From Cyanophora paradoxa CCMP329 (taxonomy: Eukaryota > Plantae > Glaucophyta): a stretch of 64,000 nucleotides of DNA. Positions 48,101 through 59,729 of the stretch are shown here, piece after piece. Numbering within the stretch: the stretch's first letter is position 1; each line of letters begins with the position of its first letter. The stretch lies in NCBI GenBank assembly GCA_004431415.1, contig QPMI01000657.1, positions 124,001 to 188,000 on the forward strand. Direction: 5' to 3'. Made by a program: the position numbers and the translations under genes. The notes under the pieces are model-generated. The model was not told the origin of the DNA. It saw only the letters and a program-made list of their open reading frames with translations, and did no database searches.

Positions 48101-50572
48101 CCTGTACCCCGTGAGGAACGTGGGAGGGGGGGGGGGGGGAAGAGCGGGGCACCTTAGAAGGACGAGAGAGGCGGGGTCGGGGCGGGGGGCGTCCGCCCCC
48201 GGGGCGCTCCAGGAGATGGCGGCGAGGGCGGCGGCGCGCTGCTCCGGGGAGAGGGGCGGGTCGTCGGGGCGGCGGCAGCGCAGGGCGGAGAGGGCGGCGG
48301 CGCGCTCGAGGTAGGAGGGGGAGGCGAGGGCGGCGAGGAGCGCCCCGGGGCTCGCCGAGGACTCCCCGAGCTGGGCCAGGCGCCCAGCGACGGATGCCGG
48401 CAGCCGCGGCGAGGGCGGCGCCGCGGTCTCCTCGCAGCAGGACGAGGCCGGCGAGGAGGCCCGGCCGGTCACCTCCAGCGAGGGCCGCCGCGCCGACCCC
48501 GAGGAGAGGCGCGAGGGGGCCGGCGGGGCCACCCCCGGCGCCCCCGGCGGGGCGAACTCGACGCACTCGAAGAGGGAGAGGTGGCGGGCGAGGTTGGGGC
48601 CGAGCCCCGCGGCCGCCGCGAGGTCGGCGACCGAGGCGAACGAGGCGCCGCGGGCCCTCGCCTCGGCGATGGCGCGGGCGGCCTCGGGCGTGATGCCCCG
48701 CAGCAGCAGCAGCTCCCACTCCTCCGCCCGGTTCACGTCCACCGCCGGGCGCCCGCGAAGGCCGACGACGAGGCCGCCGGCGCCGCCGGCGCCTCCCCGC
48801 GCGGCGGCAGCGTCGACTCGACCGCCTCCGCCCGCGCCAGCGACTCGAGGGCGGGGAGGGCCGCCGGGAAGGGGTACGCCGCCGGGGGGCCCGGGCCCGT
48901 CCCCGCGAGCAGCCGGTTCAGGAAGCCGAAGAGGGCGAGGGCGGGGGTGCGGGAGGCGTCGCGGGGCTGCTCGGCGGGGAGCTCGGCGGGGAGCTCGGCG
49001 GGGAGGGGCAGGGGGGAGAGGGCGGAGGCGGGGAGGAAGGCGCCGAAGAGGCTGTCGGGGTCCTTGCTGCCGCTCACGAGCTGCACGACGATGCGGCCCA
49101 GCGCCGCCACGTCAGAGCCGGCCGCGTCCTGCTCCCCGCCGCCCGGCCCCGCCGCCCCGCCCTCGCTCGGCGACGCCGACGGGACGGCGCCCGTCCCCGG
49201 CGGGGAGAAGTTCAGCGCCGCGGGGCCCGAGCCGGCGGAGGAGGTGGAGGAGGCGGCGGAGGAGGGGACGGGGAGGGAGAAGGCGGAGCCGGCGAAGCGG
49301 GCGGGCGGGGAGGGCGCCGGGCCGGCCGGCAGGGAGGACGGGGAGCGCCGGAGGGCCGGCGGGGCGGCGAGGAGGTCGAAGTCCGACATGAGGTAGCGCC
49401 CGTCGGAGAGCCTGCGCGGTCGGCGACTCAGCGGGCGCCGCAAAGCGGGGCGGGCGGGGCGGGGCGGGGCGGGGCGGGGCGGGGCGGGGCGGGCCTGCGG
49501 CGGATGGAGCAGGGGTTGGCGTCGCCGACGAAGACGCCGCAGGAGTGGAGGACGTGGAGCGCGGAGAGCAGGTCCCGCGCGCAGGCCGCCCCCTCCGCCG
49601 GCGTCAGGGAGCCCAGCTGGCACGAGATCCCCTCCACCAGCTCGGTCACCACGAAGGCCTGGCCGCCGCGGGGGGTCGGGGCGAGCACGCGAAGGAGCGG
49701 GGGGAGGGGTGCGGGCGCACGCTGCCGGGGTACCCCGGGACGTCGGAGAAGGTGTCGAGGACCTTGGGGAGGGGCCCCTCGCCGGGCCCGAGGGGCTCGG
49801 TCGCGGCCCGGAGGAGCGTCGCCCGCCTCAGGAAGAGCTCCGCGAGCCGCTCCCGCTGCAGGCTGCCCCGCCGGGACCCCGGGCACGAGCCGGCCGGGTC
49901 GTCCGCGACCGGCACGACCGCCCCGGCGCCGGCCTCGCCGGCCTCGCCGTCCCCGCGCTCCTCCCCCTCAGAGAGGAACTGGAACGCAATGACGGCCCCC
50001 TGCGACGCCGAGTCCGCCGCCGGGTACGCCAGCAGCGTCCTCGAGCGCGCCCGCGTGCTCAGCACCAGGCTCGGGAAGTACCGGCCTGCGCGCGGGGCGG
50101 GTGAGGCGCTGGATACGAGAGCGCTTCCCATGCGCCCGTAGCGTTCTGGGTGCGCGCAAGAGCCTCCCTCTAGCCCCCGCCCCGCGGAGAATCTCTGCAG
50201 CTGGCGAACCGGCGATCGAGCGCGGTTTCCCGCACGTCGGGCAGAGGAGTTCGAGGACGCTGCATGGGGCCGTGCAGGGACAGCGCTCGTCGAGGCAGCA
50301 CGCCCGAGGGCCCGCCTGCAGGCATTCGAAGGTCGCCGGCGAGATCCTGTCGCCTGCGACCCGAGTCAATCGGATCCGCCTCCGAACGGGCAAGCGCCCC
50401 CGCCAAGTGCACCGCCGGGCGATCCTTGCGACTGTGAGAGACTACCGAGTTGCTCCATGCAAGCAGACCAGGGGCGGATCGTGGCCTGCATCAGAACGTC
50501 AGCCCGATGTTTCAGACGGAATCCGTCGAGACGTGCGAGGCCTCTGCGTGCGACAGAAGCGTACGTTGCCAT
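42171..50572 (-). CDS. Large multi-exon protein: Cys-rich N-terminus, degenerate protein-kinase-like domain, helix-hairpin-helix (ComEA/HhH_3-like), ARM-like repeats, Q/P/A-rich tail
   Basis: FVVTELVEG...ARDLLSALHVLHSCGVFVGDANP...YLMSDFD; DVNRAEEWELLLLRGITPEAARAIAEAR..G.SFASVADL...GLG; ALLQSGALDAIV, VACGLVPPLL, IRMGVIPLLL. The single-gene model is an inference. Confidence 0.55.
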
Positions 50573-51940
50573 CTATGCATCTCTAAGCGCTTTTCTTATG
50601 CTCCCAACGTTCACGCCTCACCTCCTTTTGGGGCGACCATGAGTCGGCTGCTAGCGCTTCGGATGTCAATATACGCGCCGTGACTGAGCGCGCTCCTGCA
50701 CGACGCTAGCTCGCTTATGTGCTCGCCGCCGCGGTCGCTACTGCAGCTGCGGGTGCAAGCAAGCAACTGAAGTAGAGGATCTGTAGAAAAGCGACGAATT
50801 TGTGCCCGGTACCCCCCCTGTATCTTGTTGGCCGGCGATCATCGGATTCCGCTATCTCGTCCGCAAGCGAGACAACAGCACGGAAATGACGGCAGTCAGG
50901 TTTTCGTTCCGTTCTGCGAGCTCGAGGCGCGGTGACGCCGCTGGATCGCCGTCCCGCATCGTTCTCGTCGGCGCCAAGCACTTGCAATCACGCTCGTTAC
51001 AACCCAGGGCGAGAAGCGCGCGAGATGGTACGAAAAGCATTGGCGTGACCTGCGCTGGATCTGCGAACCACGGCAAGCAGCTGTCTCAACTTACTTGACT
51101 CGCAAGCGCTAGCCCGTACGTATACGCGTCGACGTTGTTGCAAGCTCAAGGCGCGTGAGGGTCGACGTCCGCAGCCGTGAGCGGTGCGTATATATGTATC
51201 GTCGCAAATGATAAGCGCTGAAACCAGCGACACAGGCCTGGAGCTCGAGGCCGCGGCCGCGGCTGGTACCGGTGGAGCCCTAGCACGGAAGAGGCCTGCC
51301 CGGGCCAAGCTCGGAAGAGGTCTGTCCTGTATATTCAGAAATTCCTGAGCCCCGGCTCAGCCCACTCATGATCTCACGCCCCCGGCAGGTTTCTCCCGGC
51401 CGGCGCCCGGCCCCCAGCTTTCGAGCTTCAGCTTTCCCCTTTAATTTGGAGCCAGGCCATGAGGGAGCACGCCTTCGGCGCGGGGAAGAGAGGTGCTCTT
51501 TATTACTGCAGGTTTAACGCAACTGCTGACGCTAAGGCGCGGATCGGCAGGCACCACGTGCGCATGCACGGGGACCTGTGGGAAGTCTCGATCTGGGAGG
51601 GCTGCGAAACGCTCGAGCCGCCGCTAGCTAGCCCATGGGCACATCTTCTCTCAAGCTTAAGCGTTTGCTTCCCAGGACCCAGCTTCCCCGACTCGCACTT
51701 CGACGCGTGTAAGAAATTCGAACAGCGTAGCTATAGAGCACGCGAGCACGATCGTCAAACTCGGAAGAGCCTACTGTGCCGCAGAGATAGAATAAATCCA
51801 TGCCACCGCAAGGGGTTTGAATGCGCTTCGGACGAGCGCGGGTCCTGTGTGGGGACGAGGCGCCGGCTTCGCGGGAAGGGCGGGGCGGCGGGGGGGCGGC
51901 GGGAAGGAACGGGAAGAGGGGAAAAAGGAAGCGGGGGCGG

Positions 51941-52843
51941 CTAGCCGAGCTTGCCGAGCTCGGCGGAGCGCTGGGAGGCGGCGAGGACGGCGTTCATGAG
52001 GCTGGCGCGGAAGCCGGCCTTCTCGAGCTCGTGGATGCCGGCGATGGTCGTCCCGCCGGGGCTCGCCACCGCGTCCTTCAGCAGGCCCGGGTGCTTCCCC
52101 GTCTCCAGCACCATCTTCGCCGCGCCGAGCACGGTTTGCGCGGCGAGCTTGAGCGCCACGTCGCGCGAGAGGCCCGCCCGCACGCCGCCGTCCGCCATCG
52201 CCTCGATCATGAGGAAGACGTACGCCGGCCCGCTGCCGCTGAGACCCGTCACCGCGTCCAGGAGCTTCTCCTTCACGCAGATGGCCGTGCCGAGGGTCCC
52301 GAACATTACGCCGACGGTCTCCTTGTCGTGGCTGGTCGCCTCCGAGCCGAGAGAGAAGGCCGCCGCGCACTCGCCGACGAGGCACGGCGTGTTGGGCATC
52401 ACGCGGACGACGCGGGAGCCCGGCGGCAGCTCGCGCTCGATCTGCGCAATCGACACGCCGGCGGCGATGGAGACGATGAGGTGCCGGGCCGGCTCGATGC
52501 ACGGGCGCAGGTCTTGGAGCACGTCGGGGATCACGTCGGGCTTGACTGCAAGGACGATGACATCCGAGTGCTTCGCCACTTCCTGATTGCCGTTCCTGAA
52601 GGTCTTAATGCCACTGTCCCGCAGCGGGGTCAGCGCTTGCTCGTAGCCGTCGCTGGCAACGATCCGGTCCGCCTGGATGATCGTGCTCTTCAGCAGGCCG
52701 CTGCGCGCGAGGGGGCGCGGCAGAGGCGCGAGGAGTCAGCGGTGGGGCACGCGCGCGGCAGCGCGCGCCGCGGGGACTGACCGAATGATGGCGGCTGCCA
52801 TCTGCCCTGCTCCAACGAAGCCATAAACGCGCGAATCTTCCAT
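51941..52843 (-). CDS. proC: Pyrroline-5-carboxylate reductase
   Basis: GFVGAGQMA Rossmann motif, LAVKP, VSIAAGV, RVMPNTP, TGLSGSGPAY, VASPGGTTIAG; short introns near the 5' end. Confidence 0.97.
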
Positions 52844-53077
52844 CTCGCCCGAGCTGTGTCGAATCTGCTGGCCTCGCCCGACCTTGCCTTCGCTTCTGAT
52901 GCTGCGTGCGACTCGCTTCGCTGAAGTGAACTCGAATCGCTCGCGTGTGAACCGGGCGGCCGCTGCTCGTGATCTTTGTACCCCCTCCCACTTTTTTTCG
53001 AGCGCTGCCCTTCAGCTGCAGAGCTGTGACGGCCCGGCGGTGGACTGGAAATCCATGCATATGTTCGGCGCTACATA

Positions 53078-56000
53078 ATAGCGCACGCTTTGGAGCTCGA
53101 GCCGTCGCCCCGCGACTGGGCTCGAGGCTGCGGCCGCAGGGGCGCCGCGGCCGGCGCCGCGTGCGCCGCGGCGCGCGCCGCCTGGGGCGGGGCCGTGGGG
53201 GGCGCCCCGGGGCCCGTGTCGGCCGCTATCTCCAGTTCCCGGAGCCTCGCCTCGAGCTGCGAGAGGGCGGATCAATTGCAAACCGGTACCGAGGTCGCTG
53301 GGCGCGCGGGCCCGGGGAGGTCTAGGCGGCCGCACCCGGGCGTGCTCGGCGTCGAGCTTGGCCGCCTCCCTCTTCGCCGCCGCCTCCGACGCCGCCGCCT
53401 CCGCCTTTGCTGCCGGCGCTGCCGCCGGCTTCGGGTCTGGATCCGTCGCGGCCGAGTGCACTTGCGAGTGGTCCGCCCGGGGGGCCGGCGCCGGTTTCGC
53501 GGCCGCGGGGGGGCCCGCGGAAGCCAAGAGGGAGTCCAGGACCTGAGCCGGGGCCGGGTGAGAGGCGGCCTCGGGAAGGGAGGCGGGGGCCGCAGGCCGG
53601 AGGCCTGGGGCGGGGCGGACCGGGGCGAGCGCCGCGTCCGAGGCGCCGGCGGCGAGGAGGGGGAAGCCGCGGGTGCGGGCCAGCGAGTACTCCAGGGCAA
53701 ACGGGACCTGGACGCCGGGCGCTCAGCCGTGCAAATCTGAGGCTTCGATCCGTATGCTGGCGAGCCCCGCGGGGGGTACCTGGATGTCGGAGAGGACGAG
53801 GGGGCGGACGGGTACAGGGCGCGTGGCGGCCGCCTGTGGGGCCCGGCCCGGGCGTATCGAACCCCGGACCCGCTCCGCCGGGGGCGCCTCTGGGGCCCCG
53901 CGCGGACCTTGAGGCGGGCGGCGAGGGCGGGGGAGGCGGCGGAGGAGGGGCCGAGGAGGGGCACGAGGGCCGAGCAGGCCGCCAGCGCCCGCGAGGCCTC
54001 GGCGTCCGGCGCGCCGTCCTGCCCAGGCAGGCTTCGGCTCGGGCGCGGCCGGGGAGGGGGAGGGGGGTACGCTGGAACGCACCGAGCAGTCGAGGAAGCA
54101 GCGGACGCCGCGGAGGGCCATCGCGTCGAGCACGGGCGCCGCCCGCGGCGCGTCCTGGGTACATGTTCGAGCTGTAGGTTAGGAGGGGGAGGGGGGGAAG
54201 CTGCGGGCGGGGCGGGGGCGGACCTCGGGGAGGCACCAGACGAGGCAGAAGGGGCCGCCGGCGGGCTCGCAGCGGGCCCCGGGGCGGGCCAGCAGCGCGC
54301 GGGCGACCGCCTCGGGCCCCGCCTCTGCCGCGCCCCGTCGGCCCCGAGGGGGGGCGGAGAAGGAGGGAGAGGGGGGAGCACCGGCGGCCTCGTCGCTGGC
54401 GCCGGCGGCGGCGAGGGCGGCGCGGAGGCCCGCGAGGAAGGCGGGGTACCCCGCCTCAAAGAGCTCGTCCCTGCGGGGGCGTGAGCCCCGAGGGCTCGGA
54501 GAAAGGAGGGGGGAGGGGATGGGCACGCGCGTGGTGAAGTCGGAGAAGGCGAGGCCGGAGAGGAGGCCCTAAGAAGAGCATGAGAGAAGAGCGGAGGTGC
54601 GGCGCGCCGCTGAGCGGGGCGGGGCGGACGGCGGCGCGGGGGTCGAGCTCGGAGCGGAGGCGCCAGACGGGGGCGACGGCCTTGCCCAGGTCCCGCGCCC
54701 GCGAGAGCTCCAGCATGCTGCGCGCCTGCTCGGGGCGGGGCGGGGCGGGGCGGGGCGGGGCGGGGCGGGGAGGAGGGAGGGGCCCTGGGGGCGCGCTCAC
54801 CACCAGTCGGAGGCCACGGAGTGCTGCCGGCGACGGCGACGGGGCGGCGTGAGGGGAGAAGAAGGGCGGGAGGGGAGGCGGGGCGGGGGTACCGGGGAGG
54901 CGATGAAGACGACCGCCTTGGCGGTGCGCAGGCCCCGCCCGATCTCCTCCCGCCACTGCCCGCACCGCCCCCGCCGCGCCCGGCCGGGTCAAGTCAGACG
55001 AGTCAGGGGTGCGGGGGGCGGGGGCGGGGAGGGGAGGGGAGGGGGGCGCCTCGGTGCCGGCCTGGATGCCCGTCGCCTTCATCTCGTCCATCTGCACGCG
55101 CCCCAGGCGCTGAGGGCGGGGCCGGCCCCGCCCCGCCCCGCTCCCGCGCTAGGATATCGATCCGGCGCGGCGCGCACCCAGCACTGCGTGGCGACGCGCG
55201 CGCGGGGGGCATCAGGCGGGGACATCGTCCAAGGGGCTCGCACCGAAAGCGCGGGGCGGACGGACCATGATGCCGTCGGCCTGGAGGCGGTCGCGCAGGC
55301 GCACCGCAAAGCGCGCCACCTCGGCGGGGTGGTGCCCGTAGCTGCGCATGCCGGGGCGTGAGCCCCGGAGGGGGCGGCAGAGGGGGGGAAGCGCGCCTGA
55401 TGAAGACCTGGCGGGAGGCGGCGAGCTGCTTGAGGGCGCGGCGGAGGGCCCCGTCCCGCGTCGCGTCCAGCGCCCGCGACGTCAGCTCCGCCCCTGAAGG
55501 ACGAAGGGAGTGAGCGAGCCGGGGCGGGGCGCGCCGGTCGGAGGGCGAAGGAGGGAGTGGGAGGGGCGCGCCGCGCTCGAAGAGGGCCCCGCAGACGTCG
55601 AGCATCGCCGGCCCCGCCCCGATCGCCAGCTCCAGCGCCGTCCGCCCCTCCCCGTCCGCCCCGCTGAGCCCGCCCGCGCCTCAGCGAGAGGGCGGTCGGG
55701 CCGGCGAGGGGCGGGCGGCCGGGCGCGCTCGACGGAGGGGAGGGAACGGGCGAGGCGGAGGGCGGTGACGCGGAGGCCGAGGCGGCAGGCCTCGCGGAGG
55801 GCCTCGGGGGGGTCGGGCCCCGGCCCCGCGGGGCCGCCCCCCGGGACCGCGCCCTCGAGGCGGCCCTCGAGGGCGGCGAGGCGCATGGCGCCCCGCCAGA
55901 GGCGCGCCGCCTCCTCCTTGCTCGAGAGGATGCCCCCGACCTGCGCCGGCCCCGCCTCAGCCGTCGCCCTACAAACCATCCGGGCCACCCTCGCCTTGGG

Positions 56001-59000
56001 GTGGTCGAGGAGGAAGTCGCGGGCGCGGAGGCGGCCCTCGCAGCAGAGCATCAGGTCCATCGCCAGCCTGCCGCCCCAGCGTCAGCGCGCCCCGCGGGGC
56101 GGGGGAACGGGGAGGGCGAGGGGCGGGGGTGCGGGCTCGCCCGGCGAGGCTCTCTTCGCCCTCGACAGCGGAGCTGAAGGCCGCCATGAAGAAGCTGAGG
56201 CCGGCCGGGCGGGGGCGGGCGGGTGAGGAACGGGGCGGAGCGGGGCTAAGACCCGTGGATCCGGGGCCCCGCGCACCCGGCGGCGGCCCCGACGAGCAGC
56301 TCGGGGTCCTGCCGGGCCGCCGCCGCGTCAGCGCCGGCGCCGGCGCCGCGCGGAGCGGGGCAGAGGGGGCGGGGCGGGCCTGCTCCTTGTCGAAGAAGGG
56401 GTTGGGCCCCGCGACGCGCTCCACCCGCGGGCGCTCCGCTCCGGGCGCGCTCAGCCGCTCCCCCTCCCTCTTCAGCAGTACCCTGCCGCTTGGATTAAGA
56501 GGGGGAAGCACGAGGCGGGGCGGGGCGGGGCGGAGCGGGCGGGGCGGGGCACCCGAGGGCGGGCCCGCGGGCGAGGGCGACGGGGGGCAGCGGGGGGAAG
56601 TCGCGGCCGAAGGGGGACTCGCCCACGCAGTCGGACGAGGCCCCGCGTCCAGCAGCGCCTTCCGCCCGCGCGCCCGTCAGCGGCGCCGCTAGGCTTTTGA
56701 GAGGGCGGCGGGGCGGCGCCGGCACCTCGACGACGGCGGCGTCTTCGCGGCTCTTGCGCGCGGCGGCGGCGAGCGGGCGCGCCGTCCGGGGGCCGGCGTT
56801 GGGGTCGGCGCCCTCGCGAGGAGCAGCTTGACGGCGGGCAGCGCCGCCTTGGGCGCCAGCCCCGCCGCCACCGCCAGCGCCGTCCCTGCGAACGAAGTGA
56901 GGGGGGGGCGGGCGGGCGCGGGGTACGCCGCCGCGGGCCTTGTCGGGACAGGCGGCGTTGGGGTCGGCGCCGCGGTCGAGGAGGGCGGCGAGGAAGCCGG
57001 GGTCGCAGCCGGGGGCCGCCTCGAGAGCCGCGTGGAGGAACGTTCGCCCGGCGTTGTCCGCCACGTTGAGGTCGGCGCCGCCGGCGAGGAGCGCGTTGAC
57101 GGCGGCGAGGACGGCCCGCGCCGCGCCTCCTCCGCGTCGCCGACCTGGCGGTCGCTGAGGCCACTGAGCGCGCGGGCCTGCCCCTCCAGCGCCTCGGCGC
57201 AGCGGTGGAGGGGCGCCGCCCCGCGCAGGTCCCGCGCGTTCGCGTCGGCCCCGCGCTCCAGCAGCAGCCGCGCCGCCGCCAGGTCCAGCGCCCCGGCCGC
57301 CGCGTGCAGCGCCGTCGCCCCGTCCTCCGCCGGCGCCGACGGGTCCGCCCCGCCATCCAGCAGCGCCCTGCCACGCGGCGCGGTGAGGCGGCGCGGGCAG
57401 AGGCCGCAGACAAGGCCCGGGGCAGAGGGGCACCGGAGGGCGTCGATGGAGGCGGAGGCGGCGGCGACGTGGAGCGGGGCGCGGCCGTCCCTGTCCAGCG
57501 CCCCCAGGTCGCTCCCCGCCTCCACCAGCGCCCTGCAGGAGGATCGGAGTCGGTCCCCGCGTCGGAGGGCGGGAAGGGAAGCGGCGCCGGGCAGCACCGG
57601 ATGACGCCGATGTGCGGTTGCGCCTGCGGCCCGGCCGGCGTCAGCGACGGAGAGATAGGGGCGGGGGGGGGCTGGCGGGGACCGTGGAGCAGGCGGCGTG
57701 CAGCGGGGTGCGGAGTGTGCGGTCCCGCACGGGGCGCGAGGGGTCGAGCAGGGCGGGGTCCCCGACCCCGGCCCCCAGCTCCAGCAGCGTCCTGTGGGGG
57801 CGCCCGTCAGAGGGGGAGCTCGGCTCCCGTGCGGCTCGGGGCCGGCGAGCGCGCGCGCGCACTGGACGGCCTCGAGGCGGCGGTCGGGGCGGCCGGGGCC
57901 GGGCGCGGGGGCGGGGCGCCGGCGGCGCGGAGGAGCGCCTCGTCGCGGCCGGCCTCGAAGGCCTCGGGTCGAGCTCGCGGAGGGCCCGCAGCGCCTCCGC
58001 GTGGCACCCGGCGGCCGCCGCCTGCAGCGGCGACGCCGGCGCCTCCTCGAACGGATCCTTCCGGTCCCACCGAGACACCCGCCCCCCTTCGCCTGCCCGG
58101 CCCGTAAGAGGCGGGCGGAGGAGCGGGCCGAGGCCGATGAGGCGCACGGGGGCGGGGCGGGGCGGCGAGGGGACGCCGCGGGCTGCGAGGTAGCGCAGGC
58201 AGCCGGCGCTGCCGCCGCCGGCCGCCCAGAGCGCCGCCTCGGGGCCCCCCGGGTCGGCCCCCAGCTCCTCCACGAGGTACCTGAGCCCTGCAGTCAGCGG
58301 CGCCCCCGCCGCCCTCGCGAGTCTCAGCCTTCGTCGCGGGGCGCACCGGAGGGTGTCGAGCTGGCCGAGGGCGGCGCAGACGCGGGCGAGGTCCTTCGTG
58401 TCGGGCGCCGGCCCCTCCAGCGACGCCAGGAGCCTGCCCGCCCCAGGATCAGAACGCTGAAGGGCGGGCAAGGGCGGGGCGCGCCTGCAGGCGTTGAGGC
58501 GGCCGTGGACGGCGGCGGCGCGGAAGGCCGCCGGGTCCCTCGCCCCGGCCTCCGCCAGCAGCCTGCGCCGGGGTCAAGGGGCCGAAGCAGGGCGCGGAGG
58601 GGCGGGGCGGGGAGCGCCTGAGGGCGTCCGTGTGGCCGCGCCAGGCGGCGGCGCTGAGGGGCGTCTTCTGCCCGTGCGCCGCGAGGACCGCCTCCAGCGC
58701 GTCGGACGACGCCAGCGGGCTGCCCGCGCAGGAGCAGCGGGTCGGAGAATATCAATCAGCCGTCGGCGTCGGGCACGGGAGGGGGGAGGGGAGGGGACGC
58801 GGAGGGAGGGGAGGGGACGCCGCCGCAGCGCACCCGATCTCGTCGAGGAAGCAGGTGGGGGCCGAGAGGATGGCGCGCTCGGCGTCGCTGGGCGGTCCTC
58901 GGCCGCGCCGGCCGGACGTCGGGACCGAGTGCTGCCAGCGCGCCGCCCCGCGCTCCTCGAGCAAGTACCTGCGATCGAATCTGAGCCACAGGCGACGAGG

Positions 59001-59605
59001 CTTTGTCGGGCCGCGCACTTGAGGACGGGGAGCGAGCCGCCGAGCGCCGCGTAGTAGAGCACGTGGGGGTGTTCCCTGGGCCCTGTCGGCGCCGCCGCCG
59101 CGGCCCCGGGGCGGGCCGGCGCCTCCTTCTCCGGGCGCTCGTCCAGGAGCGCGAGGAGCCGCTGCACCGTCTCCAGGCGCCCGCCCTCGGCCGCCGCGCA
59201 CGCCGCCCGCTGCAGAAGGTGCGCCTGGAGCCCGGCCGCCGGCGTGGCCTCCACCACGTGCCTGCGGCGCCCCGGCGCCCCGGCGCCCTCAGCGCTCGCG
59301 CCGCTCCGCCGAGGCGCGGCGAGCGCACTCGACGAGCTGCAGGCTGCAGAAGCGCGCGGCCGCCGGCAGCAGATCCGCATCCTTCGCGCCGGCACCGTCC
59401 GCCAGGAGTCGCCTGCGGGAATCGAATTCTCGGCGGGTCAGCGCGCGCAAGGCAGAAGCTGCGTGCTGCAGCTGTGCAAAGGGCCTCACTTCACTTCCTC
59501 TTCGTCACCTCGCAGCGCGGCCTGAATGATGGGCGGCGTGCTCGGCGGCGCGTCCGGCATGTCGTCGTCGGCCGTCGCGGGCCGCGCCCGGCGTCGATCC
59601 TCCAT
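53078..59605 (-). CDS. Ankyrin-repeat protein (multi-exon) with an uncharacterised helical C-terminal half; may be more than one gene
   Basis: DRDGRAPLHVAA, EDGATALHAAAG..LLLERGADANARD..GAAPLH, DNAGRTFLHAAL, RTPLHAAC. Splice signals continue through the apparent stop at 56689. Confidence 0.65.
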
Positions 59606-59729
59606 CCTGGAGGTCTCTGACGGTCTCCCGCGCGCCCCGCCGCCGGGCCGCCGTGTCGGATAGCCGCGTACACAAGTGCAGGCTGCCCCTCCGATCAAAC
59701 GCTCGGGGGTACCCGAGATCGGCTTATCT

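Noticed and set aside
43146-48314. 1722-aa plus-strand ORF and the many other long Arg/Gly/Pro-rich ORFs
   Set aside because: Shadow frames in very GC-rich DNA; recognisable domains and splice signals are on the opposite strand.
50700-51940. Short ORFs between the kinase-like gene and proC
   Set aside because: No recognisable motifs or coherent exon structure.
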